From Nemertoderma westbladi (taxonomy: Eukaryota; Animalia; Xenacoelomorpha), in the NCBI GenBank assembly GCA_032718475.1, contig JAUCBJ010006329.1, positions 124,001-188,000 on the forward strand: a stretch of DNA of 64,000 bases, read 5' to 3'. Of this stretch, positions 1 through 12,500 are shown piece after piece. Every line of letters starts with the position of its first letter. Position 1 is the first letter of the stretch. Under the pieces are notes generated by a model. That model did no database searches, was not told the origin of the DNA, and was given only the letters and a program-made list of their open reading frames with translations. The position numbers and the translations under genes are program-made.

Positions 1-2562
1 CCAGGGGAAAGACGAAGCAAATAACAGCTGAATACTTCTATAAAGGAAAGTGTTACCTGTTCTTATGACTTTTGTTTAAGATTCTCTATCTCGTGGAGTG
101 GATTAGAAGTTATAAATATGAAAATCGATGTGGTTTTTGAAAAAAATCAGAGGATATTTTGATAAATTATTGCTGAAAAACCCCAACGATTTTGACATGG
201 CTTTAATACTTCATTATGTTCATGAAAAAACTGAGATATTTGACGATTATTAAACTATAATAAATATTCTAGAACACAACAATATTAACAGGGAGATAGG
301 CTACTTATCTCTTCACTCTGAGAGCCTCAAAAACGGGGTGTTCCGACGCAATCAAATTTCATCCATCTGCAGGGGAAAGACGGAGCAAATAACAGCTGAT
401 TACTTCTATAAATGTAAGTGTTACCTGTTCTTTTGACTTTCATTTAAGATTCGCTATCTCATGGAGTGGGTTAGAAGTTATAAATATAAAAAGCGATGTT
501 GTTTTTGAAAAAAAACAAAGGATATTTTGATTAATTATTGCTGAAAAACACCAAGGATTTTGACATGGCTTTAATACTTCATTATGTTTATGAAATAGCT
601 GAGATATTTGAGGTGAATTATTGTATTACATATTAACTTTGGCTCCAGCCGCTTTGGCAATACGATGAAACTATAATAAATATTCTAGAACACAACAATA
701 TTAACAGGGAGATAGGCTACTTATCTCTCCACTCTGAGAGCCTCAAAAAGGGGGTGTTCCGACGCAATCAAAATTCATCCATCTACAGGGGAAAAACGAA
801 GCAAACAACAGCTGATGGCTTCTATAAATGTAAGTGTTACCTGCTCTTTTGACTTTCATTTAAGATTCTTTATCTTGTGGAGTGGGTTAGAATATATGAA
901 TATGAAAATCGATGTGGTTTTTGAAAAAAATCAGAGGATATTTTGATAAATTATTGCTGAAAAACCCCAAGGATTTTGACATGGCTTTAATACTTCATTA
1001 TGTTCATGAAAAAACTGAGATATTTGACGATTATTAAACTATAATAAATATTCTAGAACACAACAATATTAACAGGGAGATAGGCTACTCATCTCTTCAC
1101 TCTGAGAGCCTCAAAAAGGGGGTGTTCCGACGCAATCAAAATTAATCCATTTCCAGGGGAAAGACGAAGCAAAGAACAGCTGATTACTTCTATAAATGTG
1201 AGTGTTACCTGTTCTTTTGACTTTCATTTAAGATTCGCTATCTCAAAGAGTGAGTTAGAAGTTATAAATATAAAAATCGATGTGGTTTTTGACAAAAAAA
1301 ACGGGGTGTTCCGACGCAATCAAAATTCATCCATCTCCAGGGGAAAGACGAAGCAAAGAACAGTTGATTACTTCTATAAATGTAAGTGTTACCTGCTCCT
1401 TTGACATTCATTTAAGATTCTTTATCTTGTGGAGTGGGTTAGAAGATATGAATATGAAAATCGATGTCGTTTTTTGTAAAAAATCTGAGGATCTTTTGAT
1501 AAATTATTGCTGAAAAACCCCAAGGATTTTGACATGGCTTTAATACTTCATTATGTTCATGAAAAAGCTGAGATATTTGAGGTGAATTATTGCATTACAT
1601 AATAACTTTAACTGCAGCCACATTAGCAATACGATGAAACTATAATAAATATTCTAGAACACAACAATATTAACAGGGAGATAGGCTACTTATCTCTTCA
1701 ATCTGAGAGCCTCAAAAACGGGGTGTTCCGACGCAATCAAAATTCATCCATCTCCAGGGGAAAGACGAAGCAAAGAACAGTTGATTACTTCTATAAATGT
1801 AAGTGTTACCTGCTCCTTTGACTTTCATTTAAGATTCTTTATCTTGTGGAGTGGGTTAGAAGATATGAATATGAAAATCGATGTCGTTTTTTGTAAAAAA
1901 TCTGAGGATCTTTTGATAAATTATTGCTGAAAAACCCCAAGGATTTTGACATGGCTTTAATACTTCATTATGTTCATGAAAAACTGAGATATTTGAGGTG
2001 AATTATTGCATTACATAATAACTTTAACTCCAGCAACTTTAGCAATACGATGAAACTATAATAAATATTCTAGAACACAACAATATTAACATGGAGATAG
2101 GCTACTTATCTCTCCACTCAGACAGCCACAGATACAGAGGCGTGTTTTGACTCAATCAAAATTCAACCATCTCCAGGGGAAGACGAAGCAAATAACAGCT
2201 GATAACTTCTATAAATGTAAGTGTTACCTGTTTTTTGACTTTCGTTTAAGATTCTTTATCTTGTGGACTGGGATAGAAGTCATGAATATGAAAATCGATG
2301 TCGTTTTTTGTAAAAAATCGGAGGAGATTTTGATAAATTATTGCAGAAAAACACCAAGGATTTTGACATGGCTTTAATACTTCATTATGTTCATGAAAAA
2401 ACTGAGATATTTGAGGTGAGTTATTGTATTACATATTAACTTCGGCTCCAGCCGCTTTTGTAATACGATTAAACTATAATAAATATTCTAGAACACAACA
2501 ATATTAACAGGGAGATAGACTACTTATCTCTTCACTCTGAGAGCCTCAAGAACGGGGTGTTC

Positions 2563-2862
2563 CGACGCAATCAAATTTCATCCATCTCCATGGGAAAGAC
2601 GAAGCAAAGAACAGCTGATTATTTCTATAAATGTAAGTGTTACCTGTTCTTTTGACTTTCATTTAAGATTCGCTATCTCATAGAGTGGGTTAGAAGTTAT
2701 AAATATGAAAATCGACGCAATCAAATTTCATCCATCTCCATGGGAAAGACGAAGCAAAGAACAGCTGATTATTTCTATAAATGTAAGTGTTACCTGTTCT
2801 TTTGACTTTCATTTAAGATTCGCTATCTCATAGAGTGGGTTAGAAGTTATAAATATGAAAAT
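2563..2862. repeat. 150-bp sub-monomer tandem duplication
   Basis: CGACGCAATCAAATTTCATCCATCTCCATGGGAAAG... starts at 2563 and again at 2713. Both copies share rare variants (CCATGGG, GATTATTTC, CTCATAGAG). The junction AAAATCGACGCAATC uses CG/CGA microhomology. Confidence 0.9.
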
Positions 2863-5149
2863 CGTTGTGGTTTTTGAAAAAAATCAAAGGATATTTTGAT
2901 TAATTATTGCTGAAAAACCCCAAGGATTTTGACATGGCTTTAATACTTCATTATGTTCATGAAAAAACTGAGATATTTGAGGTGAATTATTGCATTACAT
3001 AATAACTTTAACTGCAGCCACATTAGCAATACGATGAAACTATAATAAATATTCTAGAACCCAACAATATTAACAGAGAGATAGGCTACTTATCTCTCCA
3101 CTCTGAGAGCCTCAAAAAGGGGGTGTTCTGACGCTATCAAAATTCATCCATCTCCTGGGGAAAGACGAAGCAAAGAACAGCTGATTATTTCTATAAATGT
3201 AAGTGTTACCTGTTCTTTTGACTTTCATTTAAGATTCTTTATCTTTTACAGTGGGTTAGAAGTCATGAATATGAAAAACGATGTTGTTTTTTGTAAAAAA
3301 TCTGAGGATATTTTGATAAATTATTGCTGAAAAACCCCAAGGATTTTGACATGGCTTTAATACTTCATTATGTTCATGAAAAAACTGAGATATTTGAGGT
3401 GAATTATTGCATTACATAATAACTTTAACTGCAGCCACATTAGCAATACGATGAAACTATAATAAATATTCTAGAACCCAACAATTTTAACAGAGAGATA
3501 GGCTACTTATCTCTCCACTCTGAGAGCCTCAAAAAGGGGGTGTTCTGACGCTATCAAAATTCATCCATCTCCTGGGGAAAGACGAAGCAAAGAACAGATG
3601 ATTAATTCTAGAAATGTAAGTGTTACCTGTTCTTTTGACTTTCATTTAAGATTGTTTATCTTGTGGAGTGGGTTAGAAGTCATAAATATGAAAATCGATG
3701 TCGTTTTTTGTAAAAAATCTGAGGATATTTTGATAAATTATTGCTGAAAAACCCCAAGGATTTTGACATGGCTAATACTTCATTATATTCATGAAATAGC
3801 TGAGATATTTGAGGTGAATTATTGCGTTACATATTAACTTTGGCTCCAGCCGCTTTGGCAATACGATGAAACTATATTAAATATTCTAGAACACAACAAT
3901 ATTAACAGGGAGATAGGCTACTTATCTCTCCACTCTGAGAGCCTCAAAAAGGGGGTGTTCCGACGCAATCAAAATTCATCCATCTCCAGGGGAAAGACGA
4001 AGCAAAGAATAGCTGATTACTTCTATAAATGTAAGTGTTACCTGTTCTTTTGACTTTCATTTAAGATTGTTTATCTTGTGGAGTGGGTTAGAAATCTATG
4101 AATATGAAAATCGATGTCGTTTTTTGTAAAAAATCGGAGGAGATTTTGATAAATTATTGCTGAAAAACACCAAGGATTTTGACATGGCTTTAATACTTCA
4201 TTATGTTCATGAAAAAGCTGAGATATTTGAGGTGAATTATTGCATTACATAATAACTTTAACTGCAGCCACATTAGCAATACGATGAAACTATAATAAAT
4301 ATTCTAGAACACAACAATATTAACAGGGAGATAGGCTACTCATCTCTTCACTCTGACAGCCTCAAAAAGGGGGTGTTCCGACGCAATCAAAATTAATCCA
4401 TCTCCAGGGGAAAGACGAAGCAAAGAACAGCTGATTACTTCTATAAATGTAAGTGTTACCTGCTCCTTTGACTTTCATTTAAGATTCTTTATCTTGTGGA
4501 GTGGGTTAGAAGATATGAATATGAAAATCAATGTAGTTTTTTGTAAAAAATCTGAGGATCTTTTGATAAATTATTGCTGAAAAACCCCAAGGATTTTGAC
4601 ATGGCTTTAATACTTCATTATGTTCATGAAAACACTGAGATATTTGAGGTTAATTATTGAATTACATAATAACTTTAACTCCAGCCACTTTAGCAATACG
4701 ATGAAAAACTATAATAAATATTCTAGAACACAACAATATTAACATGGAGATAGGCTACTTATCTCTCCACTCAGACAGCCACAGATAGGGAGGCGTGTTT
4801 TGACACAATCACAATTCAACCATCTCCAGGGGAAGACGAAGCAAATAACAGCTGATAACTTCTATAAATGTAAGTGTTACCTGTTATTTTGACTTTCGTT
4901 TAAGATTCTTTATCTTGTGGACTGGGATAGAAGTCATGAATATGAAAATCGATGTCGTTTTTTGTAAAAAATCGGAGGAGATTTTTATAAATTATTGCAG
5001 AAAAACACCAAGGATTTTGACATGGCTTTAATACTTCATTATGTTCATGAAAAAACTGAGATATTTGAGGTGAGTTATTGTATTACATATTAACTTCGGC
5101 TCCAGCCGCTTTGGTAATACGATTAAACTATAATAAATATTCTAGAACG

Positions 5150-6530
5150 CAACAATATTAACAGGGAGATAGGCTACTTATCTCTCCACTCTGAGAGCCT
5201 CAAAAAGGGGGTGTTCCGACGCAATCAAAGTTCATCCATCTCCTGGGGAAAGACGAAGCAAATAACAGCTTCTATAAAGGAAAGTGTTACCTGTTCTTAT
5301 GACTTTCATTTAAGATTCTCTATCTCGTGGAGTGGGTTAGAAGTTATAAATATGAAAATCGATATGGTTTTTGAAAAAAATCAGAGGATATTTTGATTAA
5401 TTATTGCAGAAAAACACAAAGGATTTTGACATGGCTTTAATACTTCATTATGTTCATGAAATAGCTGAGATATTTGAGGTGAATTATTGTATCACATATT
5501 AACTTCGGCTCCAGCCGCTTTGGCAATACGATGAAACTATAATAAATATTCCAGAACACAACAATATTAACAGGGAGATAGGCTACTTATCTCTCCACTC
5601 TGAGAGCCTCAAAAAGGGGGTGTTCCGACGCAATCAAAGTTCATCCATCTCCTGGGGAAAGACGAAGCAAATAACAGCTTCTATAAAGGAAAGTGTTACC
5701 TGTTCTTATGACTTTCATTTAAGATTCTCTATCTCGTGGAGTGGGTTAGAAGTTATAAATATGAAAATCGATATGGTTTTTGAAAAAAATCAGAGGATAT
5801 TTTGATTAATTAATGCAGAAAAACACCAAGGATTTTGACATGGCTTTAATACTTCATTATGTTCATGAAATAGCTGAGATATTTGAGGTGAATTATTGTA
5901 TCACATATTAACTTCGGCTCCAGCCGCTTTGGCAATACGATTAAACTATAATAAATATTCTAGAACGCAACAATATTATCAGGGAGATAGGCTACTTATC
6001 TCTCCACTCTGAGAGCCTCAAAAAGGGGGTGTTCCGACGCAATCAAAGTTCATCCATCTCCTGGGGAAAGACGAAGCAAATAACAGCTTCTATAAAGGAA
6101 AGTGTTACCTGTTCTTATGACTTTCATTTAAGATTCTCTATCTCGTGGAGTGGGTTAGAAGTTATAAATATGAAAATCGATATGGTTTTTGAAAAAAATC
6201 AGAGGATATTTTGATTAATTATTGCAGAAAAACACCAAGGATTTTGACATGGCTTTAATACTTCATTATGTTCATGAAATAGCTGAGATATTTGAGGTGA
6301 ATTATTGTATCACATCTTAACTTCGGCTCCAGCCGCTTTGGCAATACGATGAAACTATAATAAATATTCCAGAACACAACAATATTAACAGGGAGATAGG
6401 CTACTTATCTCTCCACTCTGAGAGCCTCAAAAAGGGGGTGTTCCGACGCAATCAAAGTTCATCCATCTCCTGGGGAAAGACGAAGCAAATAACAGCTTCT
6501 ATAAAGGAAAGTGTTACCTGTTCTTTTGAC
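5150..6530. repeat. Homogeneous run of a 409-bp monomer variant (4 copies, 7-bp deletion)
   Basis: ORF copies at 5211/5620/6029/6438 give a period of 409. All read AATAACAGCTTCTATAAAGG versus consensus AATAACAGCTGATTACTTCTATAAAGG. Boundaries approximate. Confidence 0.92.
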
Positions 6531-9500
6531 TTTTGTTTAAGATTCTCTATCTCGTGGAGTGGATTAGAAGTTATAAATATGAAAATCGATGTGGTTTTTG
6601 AAAAAAATCAGAGGATATTTTGATAAATTATTGCTGAAAAACCCCAAGGATTTTGACATGGCTTTAATACTTCATTATGTTCATGAAAAAACTGAGATAT
6701 TTGAGGTGAATTATTGCATTACATAATAACTTTAACTCCAGCCACTTTAGCAATACGATGAAACTATAATAAATATTCTAGAACACAACAATATTAACAT
6801 GGAGATAGGCTATTTATCTCTCCACTCAGACAGCCACAGATAGGGAAGGGTGTTTTGACACAATCAAAATTCAAACATCTCCAGGGGAAGACGAAGCAAT
6901 TAATAGCTGATAACTTCTATAAATGTAAGTGTTACCCTTTTTTTGACCTTCGTTTAAGATTCTTTATCTTGTAGACTGGGTTAGAAGTCATGAATATGAA
7001 AATCGATGTCGTTTTTTGTAAAAAATCAGAGGAGATTTTGATAAATTATGGCAGAAAAACACCAAGGATTTTGACATGGCTTTAATACTTCATTATGTTC
7101 ATGAAATAGCTGAGATATTTGAGGTGAATTATTGTATCACATATTAACTTCGGCTCCAGCCGCTTTGGCAATACGATGAAACTATAATAAATATTCCAGA
7201 ACACAACAATATTAACAGGGAGATAGGCTACTTATCTCTCCACTCTGAGAGCCTCAAAAAGGGGGTGTTCCGACGCAATCAAATTTCATCCATCTCCAGG
7301 GGAAAGACGAAGCAAAGAACAGCTGATTACTTCTTTAAATGGAAGTGTTACCTGTTCTTTTGACTTTCATTTAAGATTCGCTATCTCATGGAGTGGGTTA
7401 GAAGTTATAAATATGAAAATCGATGTGGTTTTTGAAAAAAATCAAAGGATATTTTGATTAATTATTGCTGAAAAACACCAAGGATTTTGACATGGCTTTA
7501 ATACTTCATTATGTTCATGAAATAGCTGAGATACTTGAGGTGAATTGTTGCATTATATATTAACTTCAGCTCCAGTCTCTTTGGCAATACGATGAATCTA
7601 TAATAAATATTCTAGAACACAACAATATTAACAGGGATATAGGATACTTATCTCTTCACTCTGAGAGCCTCAAAAAGGGGGTGTTCCGACGCAATCAAAT
7701 TTCATCCATCTCCAGGGGAAAGACGAAGCAAAGAACAGCTGATTACTTCTATAAATGAAAGTGTTACCTGCTCTTTTGACTTTCATTTAAGATTCGCTAT
7801 CTCATGGAGTGGGTTAGAAGTTATAAATATAAAAATTGATGTGGTTTTTCAAAAAATCAAAGGATATTTTGATTAATTATTGCTGAAAAACACTAAGGAT
7901 TTTGACAGGGCTTTAATACTTCATTATGTTCATGAAATAGCTGAGATACTTGAGGTGAATTGTTGCATTATATATTAACTTCAGCTCCAGTCTCTTTGGC
8001 AATACGATGAAACTATAATAAATATTCTAGAACACAACAATATTAACAGGGAGATAGGATACTTATCTCTTCACTCTGAGAGCCTCAAAAAGGGGGTCTT
8101 CCGACGCAATCAAAATTCATCCATCTCCAGGGGAAAGACGAAGCAAAGAACAGCTGATTACTTCTATAAATGTAAGTGTTACCTGCTCTTTTGACTTTCA
8201 TTTAAGATTCTCTATCTCGTGGAGTGGGTTAGAAGTTTATATGAAAATCGATGTGGTTTTTGAAAAAAATCAGAGGATATTTTGATAAATTATTGCTGAA
8301 AACCCCCAAGGATTTTGACATGGCTTTAATACTCATTATATTCATGAAATAGCTGAGAAATTTGTGGTGAATTATTGTATCACATATTAATTTCGGCTCC
8401 AGCCGCTTTGGCAATACGATGAAACTATAATAAATATTCTAGAACACAACAATATTAACAGGGAGATAGGCTACTTATCTCTTCACTCTGAGAGCCTCAA
8501 AAACGGGGTGTTCCGACGCAATCAAATTTCATCCATTTCCAGGGGAAAGACGAAGCAAAGAACAGCTGATTACTTCTATAAATGTAAGTGTTACCTGTTC
8601 TTATGACTTTCGTTTAAGATTCTCTATCTCGTAGAGTGGGTTAGAAGTTATAAATATGAAAATCGATGTCGTTTTTTGTAAAAAATCTGAGGATATTTTG
8701 ATAAATTATTGCTGAAAAACCCCAAGGATTTTGACATGGCTTTAATACTCATTATATTCATGAAAAAACTGAGATATTTGAGGTGAATTATTGCATTACA
8801 TAATAACGTTAACTCCAGCCACATTAGCAATACGATGAAACTATAATAAAAATTCTAGACCACAACAATATTAATAGGGAGATAGGCTACTTATCTCTTC
8901 ATTCTGAGAGCCTCAAAAAGGGGGTGTTCCGACGCAATCAAAATTCATCCATCTCCTGGGGAAAGACGAAGCAAAGAACAGCTGATTACTTCTAGAAATG
9001 TAAGTGTAACCTGTTCTTATGACTTTCGTTTAAGATTGTTTATCTTGTGGAGTGGGTTAGAAGTCATAAATATGAAAATCGATGTCGTTTTTTGTAAAAA
9101 ATCTGAGGATATTTTGATAAATTATTGCTGAAAAACCCCAAGGATTTTGACATGGCTTTAATACTCATTATATTCATGAAAAAACTGAGATAATTGAGGT
9201 GAATTATTGCATTACATAATAACGTTAACTCCAGCCACATTAGCAATACGATGAAACTATAATAAAAATTCTAGACCACAACAATATTAATAGGGAGATA
9301 GGCTACTATCTCTTCATTCTGAGAGCCTCAAAAAAGGGGTGTTCCGACGCAATCAAAATTCATCCATCTCCTGGGGAAAGACGAAGCAAATAACAGCTGA
9401 TTACTTCTATAAAGGAAAGTGTTACCTGTTCTTATGACTTTCGTTTAAGATTCTCTATCTCGTGGAGTGGATTAGAAGTTATAAATATGAAAATCGATGT

Positions 9501-12500
9501 GGTTTTTGAAAAAAATCAGAGGATATTTTGATAAATTATTGCTGAAAAACCCCAAGGATTTTGACATGGCTTTAATACTCATTATATTCATGAAATCGCT
9601 GAGATATTTGAGGTGAAATATTGCGTTACATATTAACTTTAGCTCCAGCCGCTTTGGCAATACGATGAAACTATAATAAATATTCTAGACCACAACAATA
9701 TTAACAGGGAGATAGGCTACTTATCTCTTCATTCTGAGAGCCTCAAAAAGGGGGTGTTCCGACGCAATCAAAATTCATCCATCTCCTGGGGAAAGACGAA
9801 GCAAAGAACAGCTGATTACTTCTAGAAATGTAAGTGTTACCTGTTCTTATGACTTTCGTTTAAGATTGTGTATCTTGTGGAGTGGGTTAGAAATCATGAA
9901 TATGAAAATCGATGTCGTTTTTTGTAAAAAATCTGAGGATATTTTGATAAATTATTGCTTAAAAACCCCAAGGATTTTGACATGGCTAATACTTCATTAT
10001 GTTCATTAAAATACTGAGATATTTGAGGTGAATTATTGCGTTACATATTAACTTTGGCTCCAGCCGCTTTGGCAATACGATGAAACTATAATAAATATTC
10101 TAGAACACAACAATATTAACAGGGAGATAGGCTACTTATCTCTCCACTCTGAGAGCCTCAAAAAGGGGGTGTTCCAACGCAATCAAAATTCAACCATCTC
10201 CAGGGGAAAGACGAAGCAAATAACAGCTGATTACTTCTATAAATGTAAGTGTTACCTGTTCTTATGACTTTCGTTTAAGATTGTTTATCTTGTGGAGTGG
10301 GTTAGAAGTCATAAATATGAAAATCGATGTCGTTTTTTGTAAAAAATCTGAGGATATTTTGATAAATTATTGCTAAAAAACCCCAAGGATTTTGACATGG
10401 CTAATACTTCATTATGTTCATGAAAATACTGAGATATTTGAGGTGAATTATTGCGTTACATATTAACTTTGGCTCCAGCCGCTTTGGCAATACGATGAAA
10501 CTATAATAAATATTCTAGAACACAACAATATTAACAGGGAGATAGGCTACTTATCTCTCCACTCTGAGAGCCTCGAAAAGGGGGTGTTCCGACGCAATCA
10601 AAATTCAACCATCTCCAGGGGAAAGACGAAGCAAATAACAGCTGATTACTTCTATAAATGTAAGTGTTACCTGTTCTTATGACTTTCGTTTAAGATTCTC
10701 TATCTCGTGGAGTGGATTAGAAGTTATAAATATGAAAATCAATGTGGTTTTTGAAAAAAATCAGAGGATATTTTGATAAATTATTGCTGAAAAACCCCAA
10801 GGATTTTGACATGGCTTTAATACTCATTATATTCATGAAATAGCTGAGATATTTGAGGTGAATTTCTTGTATCACATATTAACTTCGTCTCCAGACGCTT
10901 TGGCAATACGATGAAACTATAATAAATATTCTAGACCACAACAATATTAACAGGGAGATAGGCTACTTATCTCTTCATTCTGAGAGCCTCAAAAAGGGGG
11001 TGTTCCGACGCAATCAAAATTCATCCATCTCCTGGGGAAAGACGAAGCAAATAACAGTTGATTACTTCTATAAAGGAAAGTGTTACCTGTTCTTATGACT
11101 TTCGTTTAAGATTCTCTATCTCGTGGAGTGGATTAGAAGTTATAAATATGAAAATCGATGTGGTTTTTGAAAAAAATCAGAGGATATTTTGATAAATTAT
11201 TGCTGAAAAACCCCAAGGATTTTGACATGGCTTTAATACTCATTATATTCATGAAATAGCTGAGATATTTGAGGTGAATTTCTTGTATCACATATTAACT
11301 TCGGCTCCAGACGCTTTGGCAATACGATGAAACTATAATAAATATTCTAGACCACAACAATATTAACAGGGAGATAGGCTACTTATCTCTTCATTCTGAG
11401 AGCCTCAAAAAGGGGGTGTTCCGACGCAATCAAAGTTCGTCCATCTCCTGGGGAAAGACGAAGCAAATAACAGCTGATTACTTCTATAAATGTAAGTGTT
11501 ACCTGTTTTTTCACTTTCGTTTAAGATTCTTTATCTTGTGGACTGGGATAGAAGTCGTGAATATGAAAATTAATGGCTTTAATACTTCATTATGTTCATG
11601 AAAAAACTGAGATATTTGAGGTGAATTATTGCATAACATAATAACTTTAACTGCAGCCACATTAGCAATACGATGAAACTATAATAAATATTCTAGAACA
11701 CAACAATATTAACAGGGAGATAGGCTACTTATCTCTCCACTCTGAGAGCCTCAAAAAGGGTGTGTTCCGATGCTAGCAAAATTCATCCATCTCCTGGGGA
11801 AAGACGAAGCAAAGAACAGCTGATTACTTCTATAAATGAAAGTGTTACCTGCTCCTTTGACTTTCATTTAAGATTCTTTATCTTTTGGAGTGGGTTAGAA
11901 GTCATGAATATGAAAAACGATGTCGTTTTTTGAAAAAAATCTGAGGATATTTTGATAAATTATTGCTGAAAAACCCCAAGGATTTTGACATGGCTTTAAT
12001 ACTTCATTATGTCCATGAAAAAACTGAGATATTTGAGGTGAATTATTGCATTACATAATAACTTTAACTCCAGCCACATAAGCAATACGATGAAACTATA
12101 GTAAATATTCTAGAACACAATAATATTAACAGGGAGATAGGCTACTTATCTCTCCACTCAGACAGCCACAGATAGGGAGGGTTGTTTTGACACAATCAAA
12201 ATTCAACCATCTCCAGGGGAAAGACGAAGCAAAGAACAGCTGATTACTTCTATAAATGAAAGTGTTACCTGCTCTTTTGACTTTCATTTAAGATTCTCTA
12301 TCTCGTGGAGTGGGTTAGAAGTTTATAAATATGAAAATCGATGTGGTTTTTGAAAAAAATCAGAGGATATTTTGATAAATTATTGCTGAAAACCCTCAAG
12401 GATTTTGACATGGCTTTAATACTCATTATATTCATGAAATAGCTGAGAAATTTAAGGTGAATTATTGTATCACATATTAATTTCGGCTCCAGCCGCTTTG

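Noticed and set aside
320-345. CENP-B box-like motif around AAAACGGGG
   Set aside because: The required TTCG at the correct spacing (nTTCGnnnnAnnCGGGn) was not found on either strand where I checked.
300-720. Monomer as a 5S rRNA, tRNA or snRNA gene repeat
   Set aside because: No recognisable 5S, tRNA or snRNA sequence. GGTGTTCCGAC only loosely resembles a B box and no A box or cloverleaf is evident. An Rfam search would be the formal test.
5211-6623. Plus-strand short ORFs (MFRRNQSS..., MTQSNS..., MGCSDA...)
   Set aside because: Mostly GTG/TTG starts; frames open and close with neutral indels between monomers; no sign of coding constraint.
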